Part shown: positions 28,211-38,900 of the stretch, one piece after another
Layout of the letters: each line of letters opens with the position of its first letter
How positions within the stretch are numbered: position 1 is the first letter of the stretch
Assembly (NCBI GenBank): GCA_965237905.1
Contig: OZ250172.1
Location: forward strand, 2,048,001 to 2,112,000
Length of the DNA: 64,000 nucleotides
Origin: Nitrospinaceae bacterium
GTDB taxonomy: Bacteria; Nitrospinota; Nitrospinia; Nitrospinales; Nitrospinaceae
Reading direction: 5' to 3'
Made by a program: the position numbers and the translations under genes
Notes under the pieces: generated by a model
Seen by the model: the letters and a program-made list of their open reading frames with translations, nothing else
The model's database searches: none
Told to the model about the DNA's origin: nothing

Positions 28211-29997
28211 TATGAAATATGAATGAGTTCATCGCCGGTCTGGACGTTCGCGCCTTCTTGCACCAGGATGGAGTTGACGGTTCCGCTGTGAGGGGAGTTT
28301 ATCTCGGTCTCCATTTTCATGGATTCCAAAATCATTACTGTATCCCCTTCATTCACCTGATCGCCCACTTTGCATTTCAGCGCAAACACTGAGCCGGGCA
28401 GGGGGGAGGTGACGGCTTTGTTGGATCCGTTCGAAGAAGGAGCGGGAGCCGCCGCAGGTGACGGGGCGGCTACAGGAGCCGGTGCTCCTGCGCCAGTACC
28501 GACTTGCACCGAATATTGTTTCCCATTCACCGTTACCGAATAGACAGCCGAACCGCCCGCCGCTGGCGCGGGAGCCGCTGCGGATTGGGCCTGAGGAGCG
28601 GGAGCCGTTTGTTGAGCCACAGGTGCGGGAACCGGTTGCGCAGGTTCAGGCAACGGTTTGCCGCGGGTTTTGAAAAAGTTCAACGCCACCTTTGGAAACA
28701 TGGCATAGGTCAATCGGTCTTCATCGTTCTTGGCGTCATCCCCCGCTTCTTCGACAATGGTATCCCATTCCGGCACCAACAGGTCGGCGGGACGGCAGTC
28801 GATGACTTTCTGGTCCTTCGCCACTTTCTCCAACAACTCCGGGTCGATTTCCCCGGGCAGTTTTCCGTATTTTCCCAGCACGCATTCGCGTGTTTCTTTA
28901 GTGATGATTTTGTAGCGCTCGCCGGTCAGCACGTTCAATGTGGCCTGCGAGCCGACAATCTGGCTGGTGGGGGTGACCAGCGGCGGATAGCCCAGGTCTT
29001 TTCGCACGCGGGGCACTTCTTTGAGCACTTCATCCATTTTGTCGTGGGAGTTTTGCTCCTTCAGCTGGTTTTCCATATTGGAAATCATGCCACCGGGTAT
29101 TTGCGATTCGAGAATTTTGATATCCACTCCGACGAAGTTGCTTTCGAACCGGGCGTAATGTTTGCGCACTTCCTTGAAGTATTCGGCGATTTCCGCCAGC
29201 AGATGCATGTCCAGTCCGGTATCACGATCCGTCCCCTGCAGAGAGGCGACCACGCACTCGGTGGCATAGTGTGACGTTCCCATGGACAGGGTGGAGATGG
29301 CGGTATCAACCATGTCCAGACCTTCATCAATGGCGCACTGGATATTCATTCCCGCCAGTCCTGTAGTCGAGTGGGTGTGCAAATGAATCGGAATCTTGAT
29401 GGTTTTCTTGAGCTCACGGATCAGGGGAGTGGTCACCTGCGGGGTTAGCAGGCCCGCCATGTCCTTGATACACAGGATATCCGAGCCGACATTCACCAAA
29501 TCCTTGGCCATCTTGAGGTACAGCTCCATGTTGTGCATCGGGCTGACAGTGTAACTGATGCAGCCTTCCACGATGCCGCCGCATTTTTTGGCGGTTTTGA
29601 CCGCGACTTCGATATTCCGCAGGTCATTGAGCGCATCGAAAATCCGGAAGATATCGATTCCTACATCGGCGGATTGTTTGACAAACCGCTCGACGATATC
29701 GTCAGCGTAATGCCGATAGCCCACACAGTTCTGTCCACGTAGCAGCATCTGGAACGGGGTATTGGGCATTTTCTTTTTGAGTTGCCGGGAACGCTCCCAT
29801 GGATCTTCGTTCAAAAAACGGATACAAGTGTCGAAGGTGGCCCCGCCCCACATCTCCAGCGAAAAGAAGCCGACAGCATCCAGCTTTTCCGCAATTGGGA
29901 GCATGTCCTCCGTTTTCATGCGAGTGGCTAACAGCGACTGATGGGCGTCTCTTAAAACCACTTCCGTAATTTTAAGGGGATTTGATGCCGTGTCCAT
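28210..29997 (-). CDS. oadA: Oxaloacetate decarboxylase alpha / pyruvate carboxylase carboxyltransferase-biotin subunit
   Basis: [35 protein letters not shown]; Pro/Ala linker; biotin site ESMKM. Confidence 0.93.
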   Translation of the reverse strand: MDTASNPLKITEVVLRDAHQSLLATRMKTEDMLPIAEKLDAVGFFSLEMWGGATFDTCIRFLNEDPWERSRQLKKKMPNTPFQMLLRGQNCVGYRHYADDIVERFVKQSADVGIDIFRIFDALNDLRNIEVAVKTAKKCGGIVEGCISYTVSPMHNMELYLKMAKDLVNVGSDILCIKDMAGLLTPQVTTPLIRELKKTIKIPIHLHTHSTTGLAGMNIQCAIDEGLDMVDTAISTLSMGTSHYATECVVASLQGTDRDTGLDMHLLAEIAEYFKEVRKHYARFESNFVGVDIKILESQIPGGMISNMENQLKEQNSHDKMDEVLKEVPRVRKDLGYPPLVTPTSQIVGSQATLNVLTGERYKIITKETRECVLGKYGKLPGEIDPELLEKVAKDQKVIDCRPADLLVPEWDTIVEEAGDDAKNDEDRLTYAMFPKVALNFFKTRGKPLPEPAQPVPAPVAQQTAPAPQAQSAAAPAPAAGGSAVYSVTVNGKQYSVQVGTGAGAPAPVAAPSPAAAPAPSSNGSNKAVTSPLPGSVFALKCKVGDQVNEGDTVMILESMKMETEINSPHSGTVNSILVQEGANVQTGDELIHIS

Positions 29998-30215
29998 TCC
30001 GAGTCAATCCTTATGATAAAGGTTCCCCATCGTGGGGGAATCCTGATTGCTTAAAATACCGTTTTTGGCTCTAATTGAGGAATTGAAAAAATCAAACCAT
30101 GCATTGGGAAAATGAAAAATCGTATCGAGGTACGTCATTCTGCCCGAATTATTCTCCTGCAAGGAAACAGGAGAATACTAATCAATTGAAGGGTTAAAAT
30201 CAATGAAATAGTGGT

Positions 30216-31685
30216 CTATTTTCGCCAGGTCATGGGCAGAAACAGCAGGAGGATACCGAAAATTTCCAGGCGGCCCATTAACATCCATAGAATCATGATC
30301 CATTTGCCCCCTTCCGGCAGGCCCGCATAATTGGCGGCGGGTCCCACCTGTCCCATGCCGGGGCCAATATTAAACAGGCAGGCGATGGACGCGCTGAGGG
30401 CTGTGGTCAGATCCACTCCCATGAATGCCAACGCGATGAAACCCAACCCGGTCAAACCGAGAAACATTCCCGCCAACGCCACCACGTTCATCACGTAATC
30501 CGGCGGTAGGGGTTTTTGTCCTACTTTGATACGGACCACCGCGCGCGGATGAATTAATTTCTGGAGTTCGCGGAGGATGACTTTAAACAGGATGATGACG
30601 CGGATGATTTTAAACGATCCACTGGTGGAACCGGAACAGCCGCCCACCATCATGATGACCACCATCAGAATTCTCAGGTAATCGGGCCACAGGTTGAAGT
30701 CGTCGGTGGTGTAACCGGTGGTGCTATTGATGGACACGACATTAAACGCCGCCCGCCGGAAGGCATGCCCCAGACTGTCACCGTTGGCATAGGCCAAGCC
30801 CAAGGTGGTCACCGCCACTGCGATCACAATCATGGTTACGTAAAAGCGAAATTCCGGATTTTGAAAGACGATTTTTAAATTTCCCTGGATGAGATGGTAA
30901 TGAAGCGCGAAGTTCATCCCGCCCAGAAACATGAACAGCATGATGACGGTTTCAAAGTAGAGGTTGTTGAAGTGGCCGACACTGGCCTGGTGCGGGGAAA
31001 ACCCTCCTGTTGCCACTGTCGAGAAGGTATGACAGACCGCGTCGAACAGTCCCATCCCTCCCACCTTCAGCAGGGCGATTTCCACCAAGGTCAGCACCAG
31101 ATAAGTTTTCCACAAGACTTTCGCTGTTTCCGCGAGGCGCGGTTTCATGCGTTCCACCGTCGCGCCGCCCGGTATCTCTGCCTTGAATAACTGGAAACTG
31201 CCGATACCCAGTGCCGGAAAGATGGCTAACGATAGGATGATGATTCCCATGCCTCCCAACCATTGCATCAGGTTGCGCCAGAACAGAATGCCGTGGGGCA
31301 GTGCGTCGATGTCGGTGAGAATCGAGGCGCCGGTGGTGGTGAAGCCGCTCATGCTTTCGAAATAGGCATCGACGAATTCGGGACAGACGCCTGTCAGGTA
31401 AAACGGCAGGGCGCCGAAAAAGGTGATGATGATCCAGGCCACGCCGACGATGACGAATCCTTCGCGTTCCCGCAATTTCTCGATGCCAGACGGCAGGAAT
31501 TTCCAGAGAAAGAAACCGGTAACACCGGAGGCAATACAGGAACCGAGAAAGGCGGTCAGTGGCGTTCGGTGACCGGGCAGGGCAGGGTCGGCATAGAACA
31601 GGGAAACAGCTAACGGAACCAGCAGGATGCCGGAAAGCAGAATCAGCAGAATGCCGACGACATTGAAAATCGCTTTAAGGTTCAT
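30216..31685 (-). CDS. trkH: Trk potassium uptake membrane subunit
   Basis: FESMSGFTTTG, WLGGMG, TGGFS, GSTSG, NIGPG, GRLE. Confidence 0.96.
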   Translation of the reverse strand: MNLKAIFNVVGILLILLSGILLVPLAVSLFYADPALPGHRTPLTAFLGSCIASGVTGFFLWKFLPSGIEKLREREGFVIVGVAWIIITFFGALPFYLTGVCPEFVDAYFESMSGFTTTGASILTDIDALPHGILFWRNLMQWLGGMGIIILSLAIFPALGIGSFQLFKAEIPGGATVERMKPRLAETAKVLWKTYLVLTLVEIALLKVGGMGLFDAVCHTFSTVATGGFSPHQASVGHFNNLYFETVIMLFMFLGGMNFALHYHLIQGNLKIVFQNPEFRFYVTMIVIAVAVTTLGLAYANGDSLGHAFRRAAFNVVSINSTTGYTTDDFNLWPDYLRILMVVIMMVGGCSGSTSGSFKIIRVIILFKVILRELQKLIHPRAVVRIKVGQKPLPPDYVMNVVALAGMFLGLTGLGFIALAFMGVDLTTALSASIACLFNIGPGMGQVGPAANYAGLPEGGKWIMILWMLMGRLEIFGILLLFLPMTWRK

Positions 31686-33052
31686 CAGGAGAGGAACGAG
31701 GATTTTTTGCCGAATATTTTTTCGATTTTACCGATGCAGTCTGGCAGGGTCACGACAATCACCGTGTCTCCTTCGAGGATTTCGGTGGACCCGCCCGGCA
31801 CCACCATTTCGCCATCCTTTCTCAAGACGGCGCCGATGATGGATTGCTCCGGCATATTCAGTTGATTGATGCGCTTGCCGACTGCCGCACTTTCCGCAGT
31901 GGGAGCGATTTCCAGCACCTCGGCCTCGCCTTCGATCAGTTTGTACAGGTTGACGACCTGCCCTTTGCGCAGATGTTTCAGGATTTCCGAAACGGTGATC
32001 AGCCGGGGGTTGATGGTGACGTCCATGCCGATGGAATCCAGAATGGGCAGGTAATCCGGATCGTTGGTGATGACGACGGCCCGCTTGGCACCGTGCTTCT
32101 TGGCCAGCAGAGCCGAGAGGATGTTCATTTCATCATCATTCGACAGGGCGAGATACAGGTCCGCGTCTTTCATATTGATGTCGTTGAACAAATCCGGGTC
32201 CGTGCCACTGCCGTGCAGGACAGTGGTGTGTTCCAGAGCATCCGCCGCTTCGTTGGCTGTTTCCAGTGAAGGCTCGATGATGGAGACGTCATCGATAAAC
32301 TCATCCAGTTCCCGCGCCAGGTTGATGGCCACCCGGCTGGCTCCCAGGATGATAATTTTCTGGATTTCATCCACCTGCTTGTTGAGCATGGGGAGAACCA
32401 GCGGTAGAAAATCATGGTCGACCAGAATGTAAATTTTGTCTCCCCCCAGAATCCGGTTTTCGTATTTTGGAATGATCATTTTGCCTTCGCGTACGATCGC
32501 CACCACCAGAAAGGCGTTGAGCTCGCTCACTTCGCGGATTTCTTCGATGGTTTTTCCGGCCAGCGGAGCATCCTCCGGCACATCGAACCCACGGAAAAAA
32601 ATCTGGCCGTTGGCAAACTCGGCGACATTGACCGCGCCCGGTGTTTTGATGATCTTGAGGATGGAGTCGATGATGATCTCCGCCGGGTTGATGGCGTGGT
32701 CGACAAACAGTTCCTCCGGTTTGAAGACCTGGCTCTCGCTGGTGAGTTCCATACTGCGCAGGCGGGCGAAGGTTTCTTTCATCTCAAACTTATGAGCCAA
32801 AAAGCAGATCATCAGGTTGATCTCATCCTTGTCGGTGACGGCGATAACCATTTCCGCATCACGGACGCGTCCTTGGATCAGCGTACTGGGCAAACAACCG
32901 TTACCGCGGACGGCGAGCACATCCAGCTTTTCGTTGATCCGTTGGATTTTTTCGGCATCGGCATCGATGATCGAAATATCGTGGCCTTCGTGGGAAAGTT
33001 CCTGAGCCAGGTTGAAGCCCACAATGCCGGCGCCGACAATGAGAATATTCAT
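31685..33052 (-). CDS. trkA: Trk potassium uptake regulatory subunit
   Basis: Two RCK_N/RCK_C pairs; IVGAGIVG; 455 aa; coupled to trkH. Confidence 0.95.
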   Translation of the reverse strand: MNILIVGAGIVGFNLAQELSHEGHDISIIDADAEKIQRINEKLDVLAVRGNGCLPSTLIQGRVRDAEMVIAVTDKDEINLMICFLAHKFEMKETFARLRSMELTSESQVFKPEELFVDHAINPAEIIIDSILKIIKTPGAVNVAEFANGQIFFRGFDVPEDAPLAGKTIEEIREVSELNAFLVVAIVREGKMIIPKYENRILGGDKIYILVDHDFLPLVLPMLNKQVDEIQKIIILGASRVAINLARELDEFIDDVSIIEPSLETANEAADALEHTTVLHGSGTDPDLFNDINMKDADLYLALSNDDEMNILSALLAKKHGAKRAVVITNDPDYLPILDSIGMDVTINPRLITVSEILKHLRKGQVVNLYKLIEGEAEVLEIAPTAESAAVGKRINQLNMPEQSIIGAVLRKDGEMVVPGGSTEILEGDTVIVVTLPDCIGKIEKIFGKKSSFLS

Positions 33053-33103
33053 AGGTATGTGGCTGGGCTGGAGGTCGGGACCATAACGATGGAATGACCC
33101 GGT

Positions 33104-33955
33104 TTAGCGGGATTTGTTCAGGTATTTCAGGAAATCGGATTTCTCCGAAAGAATAACAGTGGTGTCGGTTTTCAGGGAATTTTTGTACGCCTCCATCGAC
33201 CGCATGAACGCGTAAAACTCCCGGTCCCGATTGAAGGCATCCGCATAAATCTTAGTGGCGCGGGCGTCGCCGTCACCGCGGATTTCCTGTTCCTTTTTGT
33301 ACGCTTGCGCAATCAAAATGACTTTTTCTTTATCGGTTGTCGCCCGGATTTTGGTGGCTGCTTCCGCACCTTCCGAGCGGTGTTTTTTGGCGTCCCGTTC
33401 ACGCTCGGCACGCATGCGGCCGAATACTTTCTGAGCGTTCGCCTCCGGCAGGTCGGCCCTTTTGATGCGAACGTCCACCACTTCAATGCCATATTGAGCG
33501 GCTTTGACATTGGTTTCTTTGGTGACCTTTGCCGTGATTTCCTCGCGGGTTTTGGTCACCACGTCGATCAAGTCATGGGTGCCCAGTTCCACCCGCAGTT
33601 CCGATTTAATGATATCGTCCAGTCGCGATGCGCCCGCGCGTTCCGTACGCAGGGTCTGGAGGAACAACAGCGGGTCCCGGATGCGCCACATGCTGTAATT
33701 ATCGATCAGCATGGTCTGTTTGTCTCCGGTGATGACATCGGCCGGGGGGGCATCGAGCACCAACAGCATTTTGGTGAAATACTGAACCTCATCAAAAAAC
33801 GGAATCTTGAAATACAATCCCGGTTCGGTGACGGTCTGTTTGTGTTCCTGGAACCGCAGGACAATGGCGTTCTGGGTCATGCTGACGGTAAACATGGATC
33901 CGTAAAGGGCGAGGAGCAGAGCCGCCAGAATAATTAAATTAATAGGTTTCATCAT
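33104..33955 (-). CDS. hflC: FtsH protease modulator HflC
   Basis: SPFH domain; GIEVVDVRIKRADLP, RMRAERER, FYAFMRSMEAY. Confidence 0.96.
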   Translation of the reverse strand: MMKPINLIILAALLLALYGSMFTVSMTQNAIVLRFQEHKQTVTEPGLYFKIPFFDEVQYFTKMLLVLDAPPADVITGDKQTMLIDNYSMWRIRDPLLFLQTLRTERAGASRLDDIIKSELRVELGTHDLIDVVTKTREEITAKVTKETNVKAAQYGIEVVDVRIKRADLPEANAQKVFGRMRAERERDAKKHRSEGAEAATKIRATTDKEKVILIAQAYKKEQEIRGDGDARATKIYADAFNRDREFYAFMRSMEAYKNSLKTDTTVILSEKSDFLKYLNKSR

Positions 33956-33971
33956 CGCTTCCTGTGTTTAT

Positions 33972-35063
33972 TTATTTTTTGGAGCCGGAGGATAGCGCTT
34001 CCCCCAGGCCTTGGTTCAGCGGAAGAATGGGAAGCACGCCGCTTTTGTTGCCGGACGTGATCACCTTTTTCATGCCGGGATAAATTTCTTCCATGGTTTC
34101 CAGGTAAATCCGTTTTTTGGTGACTTCCGGCGCCTTTCTGTATTCTTTATACTGAGCCAGGAACCGGTGGGCATCACCCTCAGCCTTGTTGATCACCTCT
34201 TCCCGATAGCCCTCGGCCTTGGCAATGATTTGAGCCGACTTACCGCGGGCTTCCGGAATGATCGAATTACGGTAGCCCTTGGCTTCATTGATCAGACGGT
34301 CTCTGTCTTCCTCGGCGCTTTTCACGTCTTTAAAAGCAAAATCTACCGGTTGCGGCGGACTGACGTCGCTGAGTTGGGTATTTAATATTTCGATTCCCGA
34401 TGCGTATTTGTCGAGAATCGCCTGCATGGATTCTTTCACCTGAATCTGGATTTCCGCTTTGGCGTTGGTTATGGCGTCGTCGATCGGCCGGTTGCCGATG
34501 GTGCCGCGCAGGGCAGTTTCCGCCACGTCGTGTACTGCCTGGCGCTGGTCTTTGATATTGAACAGGTAGTTCTTAGCATCGATGATGTGATACTGCACCA
34601 CCAGATCGATATTGACCAGATTCGTGTCACCGGTCAACATCTGGGATTCACCCGGCACATCTTGTTTCTGATTTCCTTGTTGGCGAAAACCCACTCGGGT
34701 GGCCTTGATCTCCCGGACCCTTGGTGTTGCAACATGTTCGATGGGTGAGGGGAGTTTGAAATGCAATCCTGGCGGGGTGGTCCGCACATATTCTCCGAAT
34801 CGTGTGACGACGCCTTCTTGATCCTGATCCACAGTATAAAAGACGCTCGGCACAATCCAGACGACGAGAAGAATAATGACACCCACCAGAATGGTGGATC
34901 GGTTCAACTGCGGGATTTTGATCGGAGGCATTTCGAACTGGGGACCCTGTCCGCCGCCGCCCGGTCCGCCGCCCCGTCCACCTTTGCCTCGGCCCGGATT
35001 GCGGTCCCGCGGTGGCCCTGGATCCTCAATGTCATCCCAGGACATGTCGTTTTTATCGTTCAT
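33972..35063 (-). CDS. hflK: FtsH protease modulator HflK
   Basis: Gly-rich N-terminus; GVVTRFG, MLTGD, AEGDAHRF, APEVTKKRIYLETME. Confidence 0.96.
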   Translation of the reverse strand: MNDKNDMSWDDIEDPGPPRDRNPGRGKGGRGGGPGGGGQGPQFEMPPIKIPQLNRSTILVGVIILLVVWIVPSVFYTVDQDQEGVVTRFGEYVRTTPPGLHFKLPSPIEHVATPRVREIKATRVGFRQQGNQKQDVPGESQMLTGDTNLVNIDLVVQYHIIDAKNYLFNIKDQRQAVHDVAETALRGTIGNRPIDDAITNAKAEIQIQVKESMQAILDKYASGIEILNTQLSDVSPPQPVDFAFKDVKSAEEDRDRLINEAKGYRNSIIPEARGKSAQIIAKAEGYREEVINKAEGDAHRFLAQYKEYRKAPEVTKKRIYLETMEEIYPGMKKVITSGNKSGVLPILPLNQGLGEALSSGSKK

Positions 35064-35138
35064 GAATTCATAACCCAGTAAAAGTTGCCAAGAGATGTGT
35101 TCGCCTCCTGGATCAAGCGGCCATAGTTTAACACGCTT

Positions 35139-36005
35139 TTAATGCTTTGAAAGCTTTTCGATTTCACTGACCACCTCCTCGGCTTCCTGTTCGGACAAAC
35201 CCTTGAGCTGGTGAGCGAGAAAATAGGAATGATCGATCAGACATTCGCCATCCAGAAATCCTTCCTCGGAGGCGGTGTCGTAAAGAAATTCGTAGATGGG
35301 GTTTTCCGCTGAAGTGTAAAACAATTCCATATCTTTCTGGTCAACAGTTTTGTTTGACAAAATGGTAACCGCGTCTTCTTCGATATTGAATTGCTTGGCC
35401 ACCTCTGCAATCGCCTCTTTGCGGGATTTTCCTGAATCGATTCCCTTTTGAATGGAATTTTCGATGGTGCGGTTGCGCTTGCGGAAAGTAAAGTGTACGT
35501 AAGGAAGCGGCTGTTCGATCAAAAAATCCAGATCATGGAAATACAACCGGACCCAGTCGTCGAAATCGATTTCCAATGTGTCGGTGATCCCGTACTCCTC
35601 GCTTTTTTCCGGAGCTTCACTGACCAGGCGATTGTAAATCTGGATGAACCGGCTCATGGCATCGTACACCAGGCCAGAGTAAAAGCGGTTGAGGCGATAC
35701 CAGTTGTTGGTGGCGTTGTGAGCGTTCAACAACTTTCTCAACATCAGCATCACCGTATCGGAGTCGGCATAACGGTGGGCAACCGGGAACGCTTGTTCCA
35801 GGTATCCTTTTAATTTATTTTCATCCCCCCGCATATCATTGATGGTTTTCTGCAGGTAGCTTTTGGCATGGTCCAGGGAATGGTAGATCAATTTTTCGTG
35901 GTGGATCTTCCGCTGGTAGTCCATGTACTCCTTGAGTTTGGCGTTTTGGCCTTCCTCGGGATGATTCGGTTCTTTTTGGGTGATGTCTTTGGCAAAAGCG
36001 AGCAT
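35139..36005 (-). CDS. Hypothetical protein
   Basis: 288-aa ORF with AGGA RBS and acidic helical composition; no motif recognised. Confidence 0.75.
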   Translation of the reverse strand: MLAFAKDITQKEPNHPEEGQNAKLKEYMDYQRKIHHEKLIYHSLDHAKSYLQKTINDMRGDENKLKGYLEQAFPVAHRYADSDTVMLMLRKLLNAHNATNNWYRLNRFYSGLVYDAMSRFIQIYNRLVSEAPEKSEEYGITDTLEIDFDDWVRLYFHDLDFLIEQPLPYVHFTFRKRNRTIENSIQKGIDSGKSRKEAIAEVAKQFNIEEDAVTILSNKTVDQKDMELFYTSAENPIYEFLYDTASEEGFLDGECLIDHSYFLAHQLKGLSEQEAEEVVSEIEKLSKH

Positions 36006-36218
36006 GATTTTCCTGGAAAATTTTGAGAGAGGTCATTGTGTACAAAATAGCGTTTGATTTCAAGATATTTCGTTTTTTCCTATAACGGATAGCACGATCC
36101 CACCTAAACCCTTGTATTTCAAGGGAAATTTTGACAATTTTTGAGTGCTAAAATGCTTCCCAGCGCTTATACTATTAATAAATAAGAAGTAGCGTAATTT
36201 TTGGAAGGAGAAAATCCG

Positions 36219-37427
36219 ATGTCGCATTCTAGGTTTCTTGGAACACTATTCGCGGTCCTGGCGCTCCTGGGTTTCATGGGGAGTCAAACAGCCCTGGCCG
36301 CGTATCCCACTGCGTCGGAATTTTCCATGAATAAGCAGACCCGCGGGCTTGATGGGTCTTTTCAATTAGCGGTAATGGGGGGTAGCGCGATTCCTCTGGA
36401 TATGTCTCCGGAGAAATTCCCCGAAAAGGTACAACTTGAAAAGCCTGCGGTCGAAAAACCGAAAGCAACCCCCCCTAACCCTAAGAAGGCCTCTAAACCA
36501 AAAGAGAAAAAAGTAAAAAAGGCTAAAGTCAAAAAAGCTCCGGCAAAAAAACCGGTAGAAGAAGAGGGCTTCCTCACCAAAACCTTCAAACAACTGATAG
36601 GGAGCGATGACGCCAAGAAGGACGCCGCCTCCAAGTCCCTACTGCAAAAAACCTCTGGGAAAAAGCCTGAGACTGCGAAGAACGATGAGGGTCTGCTCAC
36701 CAAAACCTTCAAACAACTGATAGGGGACGATGACGACAAGAAGAAAGCCGCCCCTAAGTCCCAACCGCAAAAAACGGCTGCGAAAAAGTCTGAGCCTGAG
36801 AAGAAAGAAGAGGGGTTTCTCACCAAAACTCTGAAAACGCTGGTGGGTGACGATAAGGATAAGAAGAAAGCCGCCCCTAAGTCCCAACCGCAAAAAACGG
36901 CTGCGAAAAAGTCTGAGCCTGAGAAGAAAGAAGAGGGGTTTCTCACCAAAACTCTGAAAACGCTGGTGGGTGACGATAAGGATAAGAAGAAAGAACAGAC
37001 GACCAAAAAAAAGTCCCTGAGTTCTATCAATACTGCTCCGACCGGAAGCACGATCCAAAAGAAAGGGGAGGAGCCATCCAAGACTGCCAAATCGGAAACC
37101 AAAAAAACCCTCAAAGACTCCTTTGAAAAGCTGATCGGGGTGGGGGCCGTTAGTGATGATGGCGGCGATTCTAAATCCGCCAAGACAGACAAACCGGCTG
37201 GAAAAATAAAAACCGCCAAGAAACAGACCAAGGCGAAAAATACGGTTAAGAAAACATCCGCTCCCGCCAAACCCAGAAAACTCACGGCAAAGAAATACGT
37301 AGAAGAAGAGGAAGAGCAGGAAGGACGAGTGAAGCAAAACTACGCGGGTGCTAAAAAAGGTAAAAATGTCCTCAAGGAATCCTTTAAAAACCTGGTTACC
37401 GACAAGAAAAAAGCAGTGCAAGAATAA
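36219..37427 (+). CDS. Secreted Lys-rich repeat protein
   Basis: AAGGAG RBS; signal peptide ending ALA; repeated EG(F/L)LTKT(F/L)K(Q/T)L(I/V)G units. Confidence 0.8.
   Translation: MSHSRFLGTLFAVLALLGFMGSQTALAAYPTASEFSMNKQTRGLDGSFQLAVMGGSAIPLDMSPEKFPEKVQLEKPAVEKPKATPPNPKKASKPKEKKVKKAKVKKAPAKKPVEEEGFLTKTFKQLIGSDDAKKDAASKSLLQKTSGKKPETAKNDEGLLTKTFKQLIGDDDDKKKAAPKSQPQKTAAKKSEPEKKEEGFLTKTLKTLVGDDKDKKKAAPKSQPQKTAAKKSEPEKKEEGFLTKTLKTLVGDDKDKKKEQTTKKKSLSSINTAPTGSTIQKKGEEPSKTAKSETKKTLKDSFEKLIGVGAVSDDGGDSKSAKTDKPAGKIKTAKKQTKAKNTVKKTSAPAKPRKLTAKKYVEEEEEQEGRVKQNYAGAKKGKNVLKESFKNLVTDKKKAVQE
36738..36993 (+). repeat. Perfect in-frame 123-bp tandem duplication (2 copies plus 10 nt)
   Basis: AAGAAGAAAGCCGCCCCTAAG... 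starts at 36738 and 36861; partial third start at 36984. Degenerate units near 36560 and 36685. Confidence 0.95.
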
Positions 37428-37455
37428 TTTCCATCCTAACGAGAAAGCTCTCCTG

Positions 37456-37839
37456 GTGAAAGCAATTCCTTTAAAACAAGTGTGGCCGCTCTTCCTGGCA
37501 GTGACCGCATTTTCGCTTATGTTGGCCCAACCCTTATGGGCTGCTGAAGAAACTCCCGTCCCACAAGTACAAAAAGAAGAATCATTTTTTGAGACGATCA
37601 AGCGGAAAGCTCAGGAATGGTTTAGTTGGGACAACAATACCGAAAAGGTCCAAAAGGAAGCTCCCAAGCCAACTGAAGAAAAACCCCAAGAACCTGCCAC
37701 ACAAAAATCGGACGGACGTAAGGCGGTCGATACGTTTAAAAAAGAAATGAACAAAATTTCCGACAACATATCCAAGTCCGTCGAACGCGACAAAAAGAAC
37801 CTGAAGAAAAAACTCGATAAATTGCTCGACAAAAAGTAA
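37456..37839 (+). CDS. Secreted Lys/Glu-rich helical protein
   Basis: GTG start; signal peptide ending PLWA; amphipathic FFETIKRKAQEWF; C-terminal coiled coil. Confidence 0.7.
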   Translation: MKAIPLKQVWPLFLAVTAFSLMLAQPLWAAEETPVPQVQKEESFFETIKRKAQEWFSWDNNTEKVQKEAPKPTEEKPQEPATQKSDGRKAVDTFKKEMNKISDNISKSVERDKKNLKKKLDKLLDKK

Positions 37840-37940
37840 TTTTTTTAAATCCCCGTTTGAGAACTCCAGAAAAACCAAATCGTTCCCTTTAGCATTGCAG
37901 TTGAAAGTTTTCCGTTGGGGAAAGGGGTGCCCGGCATCGT

Positions 37941-38801
37941 TCAGGTGACGGGATATCTAAGGTATTCAACCAGTCCGGCGCAGATGTCGCGGATGAAATC
38001 GATATCCAGCGTCTCCAATGTGTCGGTCGCCTGGTGGTAATGCGGGTTCCGGAAAAACGCGGTATCGGTCAGCATCGCGGCTTTAAAATCCTGTTCCCAA
38101 AACGCGCAGTGATCGCTCAACCGCACTTCCACAAACTGGTCGGCGCGTCCGGGAAGCACCAACGTTTCCACTCCCAGTTCAGGCGTGGTCTGCTTCAAGG
38201 CTTTTGCCAGGCCGAGTGCCAAGGACTGCGACGGTTCGTTGCCCACCACCGCGATGAAGTCTCCCGTATCCGGGTACTGGTCGGCAGGGACGTAAGGCGG
38301 ATAGGTTTGCGAACCGGGTTCGCGGGTGCGATAGCCCAGCATTTCTAGAGAGATCATGCCGGAGATGGGTTCTCCGGACTCTTTGACGCGGGCCGCCATC
38401 TGGCGGCTTCCGATGAAGCCGTATTCCTCCAACGTGAAGGCGGTAAACAGGATCGGGCCCTTCACGGACGTTCCCTCCAAACACCGCGCCACTTCCAGCA
38501 ATGCCGCGACGGCGCTGGCGTTGTCGTCCGCTCCGGGAGTGCCCTGCACCGAATCATAATGCGCCCCGAGGATGAATGTTCCTGCTGAAGGATCCGTTCC
38601 GTCCTTCAATCCGAAAATATTGTGCGATGCCGTTCCCTCAAACGGCACCTCCTCACGCGACACGGCCAGACCCGCCGATTGAAACTGGTGGGCGATGTAG
38701 CCGGCGGCCTGTTCCAGAGGCCCCGGCGTGCTGAACGGGTTGCGTTCCCCCACCAGAGTTTCCAAGTGTCTCAGGACGTTTACGTTATCGGGTTGCGGCA
38801 T
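37941..38801 (-). CDS. M28 family metallopeptidase
   Basis: GAHYDS, GADDNASAV, EEYG, LEM, SDH, PHYHQATD. Confidence 0.93.
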   Translation of the reverse strand: MPQPDNVNVLRHLETLVGERNPFSTPGPLEQAAGYIAHQFQSAGLAVSREEVPFEGTASHNIFGLKDGTDPSAGTFILGAHYDSVQGTPGADDNASAVAALLEVARCLEGTSVKGPILFTAFTLEEYGFIGSRQMAARVKESGEPISGMISLEMLGYRTREPGSQTYPPYVPADQYPDTGDFIAVVGNEPSQSLALGLAKALKQTTPELGVETLVLPGRADQFVEVRLSDHCAFWEQDFKAAMLTDTAFFRNPHYHQATDTLETLDIDFIRDICAGLVEYLRYPVT

Positions 38802-38900
38802 CAGGGCTCTCTTGTTGGAAATGACGATTTGGACGTTTCACCCTTTAAATGTAGGATAAAAAGGGTTTACAATCAACGGTTATAGGCCTAAGATACCTGC

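Noticed and set aside
30150..30177. Hairpin with a TTTCCTTG loop (minus strand) between trkH and oadA as another anti-SD sRNA or a Na+ riboswitch
   Set aside because: It is a single stem just after the trkH stop, most simply a terminator or stability hairpin; no riboswitch consensus recognised.
36738..36993. CRISPR array
   Set aside because: This is a contiguous in-frame 123-bp duplication with no unique spacers; no repeat-spacer array or cas gene was seen in the window.
36362..37601. Long antisense ORFs (307 and 320 aa) over the Lys-rich gene
   Set aside because: Phe/Leu/Ser-rich shadows of a low-complexity repeat, with no independent signals.
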